From NCBI GenBank assembly GCA_963662665.2, contig CAXXJS010000016.1:32001-96000 (forward strand): a stretch of 64,000 nucleotides of DNA, written 5' to 3'. Shown one piece after another: positions 1 to 9,721 of this stretch. Below the pieces are notes generated by a model. It was given only the letters and a program-made list of their open reading frames with translations, made no database searches and was not told the DNA's origin. A program made the translations under genes and the position numbers. Position 1 is the first letter of the stretch, and each line of letters starts with the position of its first letter. The DNA comes from Candidatus Latescibacterota bacterium (GTDB lineage Bacteria > Latescibacterota > UBA2968 > GCA-2709665).

Positions 1-83
1 AAGAATTGCGAATCAAGGTCTATTGCCCATCAGACGGCTCCAGGTACAGAAATTCCACGGGTTGAGTCCATCACCCTGCTTTG

Positions 84-767
84 TCAGCGAACGTCACGAT
101 ATAGGCGGCTCAACCTTTCGTCGGAAACCGAACACAGGTGCAGAATTCGTATCATCCACATCCGGATCACTGTCGGAACAACGCCGTAACGCCGCCAACG
201 GCGGGTGGAAGTACAGACACTGCCGTCCAGCAATACGAAACGGCCCTGCTTCCGTACTGCGGCGCAGAATTCGGAGTCCTCGAAAAGCGCCACGTCGGGA
301 AACCCGGCCACGCGGTCAAAAACGAAACGTCGGACGAATATTCCCTGATCTCCGTATGTGATCCCGAGATACCTGGAACGCATCGTGCTGAGTGAGGCGA
401 TCGCCCGAAACATCCAGGTGTCCTCGGAAAGCCCCAGCCGGAATCGTCCGCCCACCACGTCCGGATCCTCGAGCGATTCCCGGATCATCCGGATTCCGCC
501 ATCCGGCAGAACCGTATCGGCGTGCAGAAACAGCAGCACGTCCCCCGAGGCCGAACTCGCGCCGAGATTCATCTGTACGGAACGACCCGATCTTGGCGCA
601 GTCACAAGACGCGCTGTACGGGTTGCCCTGATTCGCTCCTGCGTCCCGTCGCAACTGCCGCCGTCGACAACAATCACCTCGACGTCCCGTTGTTGACCGA
701 ACTGCGCCAGGCAACCGTCTATAGCCTCCGCCTCATTGACAACAGGAATAATTACACTGACTTGCAA
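84..767 (-). CDS. Glycosyltransferase family 2, TIGR04283-like
   Basis: VSVIIPVVNE, VVDGGS, QMNLGA, LFLHAD, YGDQGIF, FED and STRRW motifs typical of this GT2 subfamily. Confidence 0.88.
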   Translation of the reverse strand: MQVSVIIPVVNEAEAIDGCLAQFGQQRDVEVIVVDGGSCDGTQERIRATRTARLVTAPRSGRSVQMNLGASSASGDVLLFLHADTVLPDGGIRMIRESLEDPDVVGGRFRLGLSEDTWMFRAIASLSTMRSRYLGITYGDQGIFVRRFVFDRVAGFPDVALFEDSEFCAAVRKQGRFVLLDGSVCTSTRRWRRYGVVPTVIRMWMIRILHLCSVSDERLSRLYRDVR

Positions 768-800
768 CGTCTTCTCGTGGAAAGAAGAAAACCTGCCGCG

Positions 801-1370
801 TCACACCTTCCGCCTCAGAAACCTGCGCGCGTAACTTAAAGTCGAAACCAGCAGGAGTACGGCCGACAGGTACAGGAAAGGATCCTTCAGCGTCTCGGCG
901 TCCATCGCATAGGCAACCAGCAGGACACTCATCGCACAGGTGGTCAGCTTACCCCAGATATTCGAAGAATACACGATCCGTTCCCGGGTTACCAGGAACA
1001 CACCCGCCAGCACGATCAGGACGTCGCGACCGACAACCACCACAACCACCCAGAGCGGCAATCCCTTAACAAGCGCGAGCACGACCGCGATCGCATCGAT
1101 CGCCACCTTATCGGCAAGCGGGTCCAGGATCTTTCCCCAGTACGTAACAGCCCCCAAACGCCGTGCGAGATATCCGTCCAGAATATCGGTTATAATCATC
1201 ACAATGACAACCGAGAACATATACCACTTATACGCCGGCCCCATCCATATCATCCAGAGAACGGGCATGGTCAACCCGGCGCGGATCAGGCTCAGCCCGT
1301 TTGAAATCGTCCAGAATGGACTGACCGGACGTTCCTCGCATGGCGCGGCAGGGCGGGCGGCTTCGTTCAT
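801..1370 (-). CDS. CDP-alcohol phosphatidyltransferase (PgsA-like)
   Basis: TDILDGYLARR...GKILDPLADK signature; hydrophobic helices. Confidence 0.9.
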   Translation of the reverse strand: MNEAARPAAPCEERPVSPFWTISNGLSLIRAGLTMPVLWMIWMGPAYKWYMFSVVIVMIITDILDGYLARRLGAVTYWGKILDPLADKVAIDAIAVVLALVKGLPLWVVVVVVGRDVLIVLAGVFLVTRERIVYSSNIWGKLTTCAMSVLLVAYAMDAETLKDPFLYLSAVLLLVSTLSYARRFLRRKV

Positions 1371-2026
1371 TGATTCGCCTCTTCGGAGGGCAAGAGTACT
1401 ACGCAGCCCATATTCGCCAATTCACAAAAGGCATTCCGGGCATGCCCCCACGTGGTAAGATGATAACTTCCTTCCGGTAGTTTCTGGCTACGCGTGAAAT
1501 TCGCGAAAACGCACGCGGTTCCCTCGTGTTGTGTACGGCTGACGTCCGGTACGCCGGCCCAGGGGATGGCCAACTGCGCGCACCAGCGCCCATTCGCATT
1601 CACCTCCGCAACCGACCAAACGAGCCCCGGCACGTCGTATTCCGCCATCGCCCGCCAGTCCGTCTCCTCTTCCTCCCGGAAGTAAAGATCCAGTACCGCG
1701 CCGAGCGGATTCACCTCGATTTCGTAGTATCCGCCCCCCGCTCGCAGAAAGACCTCTACCGCACATTCGTTGAAGAGATCCTCGTCCCGCTCCCGCATTG
1801 TCACGGGAACGGGTGACGGGTCGGACACGAGGCTTACGTAAAGAGCCTCCGCATCCCACAATGCCGCGGCTTCCAGAAAATAGCCGGGTGGATCGGACTC
1901 CGTACCCAGCAGATGGAATTCCCGGCTGATTCTGGCTGCGGACTCCCACACCGTTCCGGAAATCACTCCATTTACCGGCGGGGGGGTGGAGACATTTCTA
2001 CAACAGTACACGGGTCGCTTTCTCAT
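1367..2026 (-). CDS. Carbohydrate-binding family 9-like (DOMON-type) protein
   Basis: ALWDAEALYV, ECAVEVFL, YYEIEVNPLG, AQLAIPW motifs; ATG 2026 has a GGAGG RBS. Confidence 0.7.
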   Translation of the reverse strand: MRKRPVYCCRNVSTPPPVNGVISGTVWESAARISREFHLLGTESDPPGYFLEAAALWDAEALYVSLVSDPSPVPVTMRERDEDLFNECAVEVFLRAGGGYYEIEVNPLGAVLDLYFREEEETDWRAMAEYDVPGLVWSVAEVNANGRWCAQLAIPWAGVPDVSRTQHEGTACVFANFTRSQKLPEGSYHLTTWGHARNAFCELANMGCVVLLPSEEANQ

Positions 2027-2079
2027 CGTCGATCCCCTCCGGATGCGTGCGGAAACCCGCGGTGGTCCGTACGTTTCCT

Positions 2080-2820
2080 TCAATCCCGGTGAACGGGGCC
2101 GCTGTTTCCGCCCGTCTGCGATATTTCAATCAGGTGTTCGAAAATACAGTCCCACACCGTGCCCGGCAACTCTTCGGGGTGGAACTGGACGCCGATAATG
2201 CGTCCATCTTCAGTCTCGATTCCTTCAATCACCCCGTCCTCGCTTACGGCATTTACAACGAGCCCGTTCCCCGGTCCCTCAATGGCCTGAATGTGCGAGC
2301 TGTTTACCTCGACGGGTTCAACCGGCCGACCCGTCAGGCGGGCAAGCCACGTATCTGCGCGCGTCCGTACATAGTGACGCACCGGACGTTCTCCGGATCG
2401 CCTGGGGGAATGGGCGCATTTTCCGAGTTGGGCCTGCAAATCCGCGTAAATCGCGCCGTCGAACCGGGCATTGATGAACTGCATGCCGTAGCAGATTCCC
2501 AGCATGGGCAGGTCCCGTCTCCTGGCGCCCTGGTATATCCAGACATCGGTCCGAGCCCTGGTCCGGTCCACCGGCGGCAAGTCCTCGGGGAGAACGCCAA
2601 TGAGCCGGTCCATAATGCCGGGACCGCCCGTAAAGATCAGTCCGTCAATCAGATCGACCACAGGCGCGAGCGCTTCCCGACGTTCGACCATCGGGAGAAT
2701 TACGGGACATCCTCCTGCCCGCTCCACGGCACGGACATATGCATGACCCACGACCTGCCTGGAATTGCCGCTTCCGGACGATTCAATACTCGTGGTAATG
2801 CCAATTACCGGTCGGGACAC
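2080..2820 (-). CDS. Peptidase C26 / gamma-glutamyl-gamma-aminobutyrate hydrolase family glutamine amidotransferase
   Basis: RPVIGIT start, GICYGMQ nucleophile, NSSHIQ, GVQFHPE. Confidence 0.9.
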   Translation of the reverse strand: MSRPVIGITTSIESSGSGNSRQVVGHAYVRAVERAGGCPVILPMVERREALAPVVDLIDGLIFTGGPGIMDRLIGVLPEDLPPVDRTRARTDVWIYQGARRRDLPMLGICYGMQFINARFDGAIYADLQAQLGKCAHSPRRSGERPVRHYVRTRADTWLARLTGRPVEPVEVNSSHIQAIEGPGNGLVVNAVSEDGVIEGIETEDGRIIGVQFHPEELPGTVWDCIFEHLIEISQTGGNSGPVHRD

Positions 2821-2865
2821 GCTTTCCCCCGCGACGTACCGGCGGCTTTACGCCGTACGAGCATA

Positions 2866-3582
2866 TCAGGAAATCATCAACCGTACGCCGATCACCAGCA
2901 CCAGGGTCAGGATTGCCCGGTTGAACCAAACGACCGGCAACCGGCGGTTCATTAGAATGCCGACACCGACACCTGCGGCAAGCGTTGGCAGCATCCAGAG
3001 ATCCATGAGCCATACTTCGGGGCCCAGCAGGTCCAGTTTTGCATAGACCGCCGACTTCATTGTATTAAGAACGAGCCCGACCACTACCGCCGTGGACACG
3101 AATACCCGGCCGCTCAACCCCTGCGGCATCAGGTAGAGCATAAGAATGATGCCGCCCGAATGGGTGAGTACCGAGACGACACCCAGCGCCACGCCGGCGG
3201 CGACTCCCGAGACGGGCGGCATTTTTGGCAGACGATCCTTGAAAGCCTGCAACAACCCGAATACACAGGCCAGGCCGCCAAGCAGCCGCCTGAACCAGAG
3301 TTCCGGAATCGCATCCAGCAATACCCAGCCAACCAGCACACCCACCGCCATTCCGGGAATCAGAGCGAATACGTACTTCGCAACACGGTACTTCCAGTAA
3401 TACTTTATCGCGATAAGATCTGCGGCCAACGACAGCGGTAGCATTACGCCCAGCGCCAGCTTGGCCGGCATCACGAGCGCCAGCAGCGGCGTCACAACCA
3501 CACCGACACCGCCGCCGAAACCCGCCTTCATAACGCCAATGAGCAGGCCCGCCACCGCCAGCACCAGATGCTTAATGTCCAA
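2866..3582 (-). CDS. TauE/SafE (sulfite exporter family) membrane protein
   Basis: KAGFGGG motif, internal repeat HSGG, about 8 TM helices. Confidence 0.85.
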   Translation of the reverse strand: MDIKHLVLAVAGLLIGVMKAGFGGGVGVVVTPLLALVMPAKLALGVMLPLSLAADLIAIKYYWKYRVAKYVFALIPGMAVGVLVGWVLLDAIPELWFRRLLGGLACVFGLLQAFKDRLPKMPPVSGVAAGVALGVVSVLTHSGGIILMLYLMPQGLSGRVFVSTAVVVGLVLNTMKSAVYAKLDLLGPEVWLMDLWMLPTLAAGVGVGILMNRRLPVVWFNRAILTLVLVIGVRLMIS

Positions 3583-3777
3583 ACGGCCCCCTGTATCTGC
3601 GGAACCGGGCCGACTGTCCTCCGCGTCGGCAGGCGACTGACAACCGCCTCATTACGCCACGTCGATGTCTCTGGAGCCCCGGTTCGATCCGCCCCGATTC
3701 ACGGAAATTTCAAGTATAACAAACCGGGGCCCGGGTGAAAAGACAAATTCGAGCCTGATTTTCCTGTTACGCAACCC

Positions 3778-3806
3778 TTGACAGCCTGCATCCATCTGGA
3801 TATGTT
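3778..3806 (+). promoter_or_regulatory. Putative sigma-70 promoter for the YkgJ-family gene
   Basis: TTGACA-17 nt-TATGTT. Confidence 0.45.
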
Positions 3807-3940
3807 GGCACGGGACGAACGCAATCATCCGCGTCGGGAAGTCGAGACCACCCCGGGAAGGTTCGTCGACACGTCACATTCTATCAACCGAAGGCGTGAC
3901 GCCCACCGTTTCAGATTCCAGGCGTCCAGGATCCCATACG

Positions 3941-4495
3941 ATGGCGACAGCATGGAAACACCTTCTCGGATTCCGCTGCACGGGCTGCAGTAACTGTTGC
4001 AGGGAACCCATTGCACTGGTGACAGACGAAGATATCCGGCGCATCGTACTGATTACGGGCGAGGACGCCGCCGATATCGTTGAATTCTATACACCCGGTG
4101 AAATCGATTGGGGCGTATCGAATCCGGGGTGGATCAGGCTCGAAGACGAACACCGCATAATGGGTTTGAGCCGGGACGAGGACGGATGCCGATTCCTCGG
4201 TAAGGACGACCTCTGCACGATCTATGAATATCGCCCGGTTACCTGTCGCCGCTATCCCTTCAACGTCGAATTCAACGCCCGCGGCGGGATCGAGTTTCTA
4301 AGCATAAGCGATGCGGTTGAATGCCAATACGAACTCGACGGCCAGAATTCGCTCGGACAGATCCGGGCAACGTGCGATTGGGAGGAAGAAGAGGAACAGA
4401 GTTATTACGAGCGGGTCGAATCCTGGAACAGGAATGATAAAGCAGGAGGGGAACGTGAGTTTCTGAAATATCTGGGGCTTGAGAACCAGGCGTGA
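3941..4495 (+). CDS. YkgJ family cysteine-cluster protein (CxxCxxCC)
   Basis: FRCTGCSNCC, CRFL, CTIYEYRPVTCRRYPF. Confidence 0.88.
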   Translation: MATAWKHLLGFRCTGCSNCCREPIALVTDEDIRRIVLITGEDAADIVEFYTPGEIDWGVSNPGWIRLEDEHRIMGLSRDEDGCRFLGKDDLCTIYEYRPVTCRRYPFNVEFNARGGIEFLSISDAVECQYELDGQNSLGQIRATCDWEEEEEQSYYERVESWNRNDKAGGEREFLKYLGLENQA

Positions 4496-4563
4496 AAGTC
4501 CGTGATCCTCGCCGGGCAACGGCCCGGTCATCCGGCGACGGGAAAACCGACATAACTGAGTCG

Positions 4564-5370
4564 TCAGCGGCTGAAACCGAAAACGGATCTTTTTATTTTC
4601 CGCAGCAGACAAAACAGCCAGCGCACGTCCCTGATCAGCGGCAGTTTAAAATAGAGTCCGAGTCCGTATTTCCGCCGGACGGACCAGACCGCCCGGTCGT
4701 CGGACTCCATTCGGCTGATATTGGCGCCGTGGATGCGGTAGTAAAAAAGGGGTTGCGGCACGTAGATTCCTCGCCCTCCCTGCCTCAATACGATATTCAA
4801 CCAGAGATCCCAATCCTGATAACGCCGCAGTGACTCGTCAAAACCGGGAAAGCACCGGGTCCGCAACAACGAGGCAAGATCGACATAATTGCCCTGCCGC
4901 AGCCGTTCCGGCTGAAAGGGTCCGGACTTCCAGACTCCCTCACGCTCCGGATACCATGAGCCATCCCCGTCTGTGAAATTGATGCGATCGCAATACACAA
5001 AATCCACGCCGGGCCGAGGGCGAGACGCCGCGTGAAGCACATCCAGGAATTCGGGCGACATATAGTTGTCCGCGTCGAAAAAGACAACCCATTCGGCCGA
5101 GACCTGTGAGAAGCCGAAATTGCGGGATCTGTTGCCATTCAGGAATTCAACCCGCCGGTACTCCACCTCCGGAAACTGCCGGACGACGGCCTCGGTCTCG
5201 TCGGCGCTGGCGTCGTCCACGACCAGAACTGACGCCGGCTTCAATACCTGCGATTCAATCGAATGCAGGCATTGCCGCAAGTAACGGCCGTAGTTGTGAC
5301 AGGTGACGATAACGGCAATATCGGCCTCGCTCTCCGGATTCATCCTTACACGCCCGGCGCTCGTCACCAC
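4564..5370 (-). CDS. Glycosyltransferase family 2 (start may be ATG 5343)
   Basis: VIVTCHNY, VVDDAS, FFDAD, QDWDLW motifs. Confidence 0.88.
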   Translation of the reverse strand: MVTSAGRVRMNPESEADIAVIVTCHNYGRYLRQCLHSIESQVLKPASVLVVDDASADETEAVVRQFPEVEYRRVEFLNGNRSRNFGFSQVSAEWVVFFDADNYMSPEFLDVLHAASRPRPGVDFVYCDRINFTDGDGSWYPEREGVWKSGPFQPERLRQGNYVDLASLLRTRCFPGFDESLRRYQDWDLWLNIVLRQGGRGIYVPQPLFYYRIHGANISRMESDDRAVWSVRRKYGLGLYFKLPLIRDVRWLFCLLRKIKRSVFGFSR

Positions 5371-6353
5371 GAGCGGACCTGCTCTCTGGCCATGCGCAGC
5401 AGTTCGACCTGATATTCCAGTCCCAGCAATCCATCCTTCGCTGAAACAACGGGCCGACAGTCCGGATCACGTACACTGGAAACAAAAGCCTCGATCAAAA
5501 TATGCAGGAAGTCTTCACATTGTAACGATTCACTCGCGTGGACGAGACGCGCACGGTAGATCCCACCAGCATCTGCGTACCCCTCCCAATCCACCAGGAA
5601 GCCGTTCACACCGAACCGGCGGGCCGGAATACCTTCGTCGATATCCCTTAACACAAGATCGACGGCACAGCGCCCTCCGGGGCTGACGTAATCGAATCGC
5701 GCCCGGTTCTCACGTTCCTCGATTTCGCAGAAGGCTGTTTTCGTATCCATCCTGCCGTCGGGAAGGAAGCCAATCACCAGACTCAATGCGTGCGGGGCGA
5801 CGTCAGCCCAGATTTCCTCGTAGCGTTTTGGCCCTTTTCTTCCCTTCACCTCCATTTCCATCGTAATCCGGGTCACGTTGTCCCACGCTCCGCGGACCTG
5901 CTCATAAAACGCCCGGTAGTGTGGTATGCCCGCCGGATATTGGGCAGACACCCCAAGCAGACGTCCCGTGTCCTTCGCCTTCGCAACGACCGACCGCCCG
6001 TCGGACAGAATCTCATCGAGTTCTTTGTCTTTATCCCAGCAGAACGGCTTCTCACACAGCACGTGGGCGCCTCCGTCGAGCGCGGCAAGCGCGTGCGCCC
6101 TGTGCATCGGGTACGGGCTCGTTACCGCGACAATGTCGGGGGTTTCCTCCCGAAGCATTGCCTCCACGTCCTGATACGCCCGGCCGCGGAACCCGAAGTA
6201 CGACGCCAGCCTTGCACGGGTGCGCTCGCATGAATCCTGCGAAGTTCCCGCAAACGCGACCACCTCGCACCCCGAGAGATCATACCACCTGGCGTGATGC
6301 TGACCGATACCGCTGGCGCCGATGACGGCGACCCTGAGGGCCTCTTTGTCCAT
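5364..6353 (-). CDS. Gfo/Idh/MocA family oxidoreductase
   Basis: VAVIGASGIG Rossmann motif, HVLCEKP, D..PH; GGGGAG RBS before ATG 6353. Confidence 0.88.
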   Translation of the reverse strand: MDKEALRVAVIGASGIGQHHARWYDLSGCEVVAFAGTSQDSCERTRARLASYFGFRGRAYQDVEAMLREETPDIVAVTSPYPMHRAHALAALDGGAHVLCEKPFCWDKDKELDEILSDGRSVVAKAKDTGRLLGVSAQYPAGIPHYRAFYEQVRGAWDNVTRITMEMEVKGRKGPKRYEEIWADVAPHALSLVIGFLPDGRMDTKTAFCEIEERENRARFDYVSPGGRCAVDLVLRDIDEGIPARRFGVNGFLVDWEGYADAGGIYRARLVHASESLQCEDFLHILIEAFVSSVRDPDCRPVVSAKDGLLGLEYQVELLRMAREQVRSW

Positions 6354-6688
6354 AATCGCTCCCTGGCAATAGATCAAATTGTGGCGTCACCTAAAATAGA
6401 AATCACGGGTATCGCCGCCAATCGTTTTTTCCGGCGCTCTACTCCAAACGTGGGGGACATTCTTTACGGCCCGTCGCCCGGCAGGTGTGCGACCCGGGCT
6501 TCCTCGCAGATTGATTGGCGGCGTCAAGACCGACTTCCAGGGTTCCGCCCACAACATACCTCACCATTCTCCCCTCTATTGAACCCGTGGCGCAAGAACT
6601 CCGTAACGTGAGCGCCCGGACGGCTGTTCCCGTTGAATACAGACTCGATCGCGACTACTGATCGCTCCATAATCCCGTCCCGGCGGAA

Positions 6689-6725
6689 GGCCATTCTACG
6701 GGTACGCAGAATGGCCGTTCCTTTT
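6689..6725 (+). terminator. Stem-loop, possible intrinsic terminator just left of the IS
   Basis: GGCCATTCT...AGAATGGCC followed by GTTCCTTTT. Confidence 0.35.
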
Positions 6726-6736
6726 GTGGGCATTAG

Positions 6737-8434
6737 TCTGAATAATTCACAAAAAAGGTAGTTTCCTTACCCAAGTCATTGTATTATATTATGGTTACGA
6801 GAATAACCTGATAACAATGAACCGGGAGGAAACTACCGTGGCAGGTCAAGATAAACAACAAAGGATGTCTTTCGCAAGTGTTTCTGGCAAACGGGTAGAA
6901 GCCACCTTCGACGGGGGCATGCTGACCAGCGACACCGGGGCGATGCTGCTTCGCGAGGTGGAATCCAGAATCGGCATTTTGTGTCGGATCGTCGAGGCGA
7001 TAACAGATCGTCGGCATCCAAGTTACGTGGATCACCCGTCGGTGGACCTGCTGACTCAGCGTGTCTTTCAGATGGCGTGTGGGTATGAGGATGCGAACGA
7101 CTGCAATGCGTTGCGTAGTGACCCCGGCTTCAAGGCGGCCTGCGATCGGTTGCCGGTCACCGGTGCCAACCTGGCCAGTCAACCCACGATGAGTCGGTTC
7201 GAGAACCGGATCACCAGAGGTGACTTATATCGTATCGCGAAGGCCTTTGCCGATGCGTTTATCGCCTCGTATAAGCACCCCCCTGAAGCCATTCTGTTGG
7301 ATATCGATGACACGGAAGACAAGGTGTATGGATCCCAGCAGTTGTCGTTATTCAATGCGTATTTCAAGGGCTATTGCTACCAACCCCTGCATATCTATGA
7401 AGGGCAAACCGGCAAGTTGATCACGACGGTCTTGCGTCCGGGCCGCCGACCCACGGGCAAAGAGATCGTGTCGATTCTCAAACGGGTGATCGCCTACCTG
7501 CGTAAAGCATGGCCCGATGTCAAGATCCTGTTGCGTGGCGATTCACACTTTTCGTGTCCGGAAGTGCACACGATGTGTGACGAAAACGATGTGTTTTTTA
7601 TCCTCGGACAAGGCGGAAACGCGGTGCTGCTGCGGTTGGCACAGCCCTTGATGGACCAGGCCAAAGCGCTGTATGCCGATGGGGGAAAACCTGTGCGCCT
7701 GTATCGCTGTTGGGACTATCAGGCCGGCAGCTGGTCTTCCCCACGCCGCATCATCTGCAAGGCAGAAGTCACCCCGCAAGGTCACAATATCCGATTCGTG
7801 GTCACCAACCTGAACGGCGCACAACCGTCATTCATCTACAAAACCGCTTATTGCTCACGCGGCAGGATGGAAAACTTCATCAAGAATCACAAGACCTTTC
7901 TGCATTCCGATCGCACCTCTTGCCACACCTTCCACGCCAATCACTTCCGGCTCTTTCTCCACAGCGCCGCCTATGTGTTGGTGCACGCCCTGGCCCATAT
8001 CGGGTTGCGCGGCACCACGTGGACGAACGCCCAGTTTAATACGCTGCAAAACCGCATCTTGAAAGTCGCCGGGCGCGTTTGTGAACTGAAAACCAAAATC
8101 ACGTTCCATCTGCCAACGGCGTTTCCACTCAAACACCTCTATCGAACCATGCTCTACAATCTGGGAACCGCCATGCCATAACGTTTCCATCTGGAACAGG
8201 CCGCCTTCACGTCTTGATTGCTACCACCAAAAGCCATGGAGAAGTCTGTGCTCTTGGCAGTCACAACAAGGTCATCCTGACGCCTCCACGCAACCCTGCT
8301 ACAAAAATACACCCTGAAATCGCTTGAAAACGCCAGTTCCGCACAGCCAGCTTTCTCCTGCGTTCTTAGACTCACTCGAAAGCTGCTTCTGCTGCACGAA
8401 TCTGCAATCCCTGACGATTCATGAATAGGTCAGG
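6737..8434 (+). mobile_element. IS1380-family insertion sequence (1698 bp)
   Basis: Imperfect terminal IRs TCTGAATAATTCACAAA / reverse-complement CCTGACCTATTCATGAA; TTAG direct repeats at 6733-6736 and 8435-8438; encloses the transposase. Confidence 0.85.
6817..8181 (+). CDS. IS1380-family DDE transposase
   Basis: FDGGMLTSDTG, GYEDANDC, LASQPTMSRFEN, LDIDDT, LRGDSHF, YCSRGRMENFIK. Confidence 0.93.
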   Translation: MNREETTVAGQDKQQRMSFASVSGKRVEATFDGGMLTSDTGAMLLREVESRIGILCRIVEAITDRRHPSYVDHPSVDLLTQRVFQMACGYEDANDCNALRSDPGFKAACDRLPVTGANLASQPTMSRFENRITRGDLYRIAKAFADAFIASYKHPPEAILLDIDDTEDKVYGSQQLSLFNAYFKGYCYQPLHIYEGQTGKLITTVLRPGRRPTGKEIVSILKRVIAYLRKAWPDVKILLRGDSHFSCPEVHTMCDENDVFFILGQGGNAVLLRLAQPLMDQAKALYADGGKPVRLYRCWDYQAGSWSSPRRIICKAEVTPQGHNIRFVVTNLNGAQPSFIYKTAYCSRGRMENFIKNHKTFLHSDRTSCHTFHANHFRLFLHSAAYVLVHALAHIGLRGTTWTNAQFNTLQNRILKVAGRVCELKTKITFHLPTAFPLKHLYRTMLYNLGTAMP

Positions 8435-8447
8435 TTAGAGGAAACCC

Positions 8448-8475
8448 TTGTTTTTTTTTCGCTTTTTGATATACT
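8448..8475 (+). promoter_or_regulatory. Putative extended -10 promoter of ferritin
   Basis: TTGTTT-16 nt-TATACT with TGn extension. Confidence 0.45.
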
Positions 8476-8600
8476 TAACTTCCCGCTTCCGTTACCGGAT
8501 CGCCCCCGGAGACTTGCTAATTCTCAGTGCGCTACACATCCCGGATTCGGCGTATTCACGTCCTGTCTGCTTTGTAATTCTGTTTTGAAGGAGGACATCG

Positions 8601-9110
8601 ATGATAAAGGATAACGTACAGACCGCCCTGAATAACCAGTTGAATTCCGAGCTGTACGCGTCCTATTATTATCTTTCGATGTCCGCATACTTTCAGGCCA
8701 TCAACCTGACGGGTTTCGCTTCCTGGATGCGTGCCCAGGCCCAGGAGGAATTGATGCACGCCATGAGAGTATACGACTTTATCAACGATCGCGAGGGCGA
8801 CGTCGACCTCACGGCCATCGCAGCGCCCAAACGACAGTGGGACAATTCACTGGCGGCGTTCGAAGATGCCTATCGACACGAAAAGGCCGTAACTGCTCAA
8901 ATTTACGACCTGGTGGATCTGAGCCTTACGGAAAGAGACCACGCCACCAACACCTTTCTCCAGTGGTTCGTGACCGAACAGGTGGAGGAAGAAGCCACCG
9001 CGAGCGATATCGTTAACAAACTGAAACTGGTTGGCAACGACGGCAATGGCCTGTTTATTCTGGACAGAGATCTGGGTGCGCGCGGCCCGGCCGACGAAGC
9101 TGAGGAATAA
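8601..9110 (+). CDS. ftnA: Non-heme ferritin
   Basis: NSELYASYYY, QAQEELMH, HEKAVT, FLQWFVTEQVEEE ferroxidase residues; GAAGGAGG RBS. Confidence 0.92.
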   Translation: MIKDNVQTALNNQLNSELYASYYYLSMSAYFQAINLTGFASWMRAQAQEELMHAMRVYDFINDREGDVDLTAIAAPKRQWDNSLAAFEDAYRHEKAVTAQIYDLVDLSLTERDHATNTFLQWFVTEQVEEEATASDIVNKLKLVGNDGNGLFILDRDLGARGPADEAEE

Positions 9111-9191
9111 ACGCCGGGCCGGGGGCCTAACTGCCAGTGGGACCTGCCACGACGTCCGGTCATTTCCGCCATTCACACTATCTCAACGCAG

Positions 9192-9241
9192 AAAAAAAAC
9201 TGCAATCCTGGGTTGACAAACCGTCGGTCGTATGTTATCTT
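9192..9241 (+). promoter_or_regulatory. Strong consensus sigma-70 promoter upstream of the sigma factor leader
   Basis: A-tract, TTGACA (9213-9218), 17-nt spacer, TG-n-TATCTT (9236-9241). Confidence 0.65.
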
Positions 9242-9721
9242 CCTATTTCACACGACTTTCGGTACAATAAAAACCGGCAGGAGTCTGGATTCAATCGGAG
9301 TTACCGCGGGAATCGGCCGTACCCCTCGGCTGCGAAACGGTGGTTCCGGGAAAGAACCTGCTCTCGAGCTGAAACCGAAATTGAGGCTGGAGAACCAGGA
9401 AGCGTATGATCAGGTAATTGCATCAGGGAACCCTTCCCCTAAGGGGTTTCCGGCTCTGTCTTCTGTTTTTCCCACATGTTCAACGCCTCGCCCCGAGAGG
9501 GGTTGAACGCTCCACACTTCCCCTTCTCCCTTTTTCTTACCTCCCCTTTCCATATCGTGTTGTTCACGTTTACAGGTGGTGTTTGCTAACCAGCCTGTCG
9601 TCGTTAGTGTATGGTGTCCGTAGAGGATTTGTCTACGTACGGGTACCGGGTATAACCCGATTCGCTGAAAGGCGCCCGGCACCCGCATGAAGACGTCCGC
9701 ACCATTACCTGGGGGAAAGTA

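Noticed and set aside
9137-9690. Short ORFs in the ferritin-sigma intergenic region
   Set aside because: No RBS/motif support; one starts on the TTG of the -35 box
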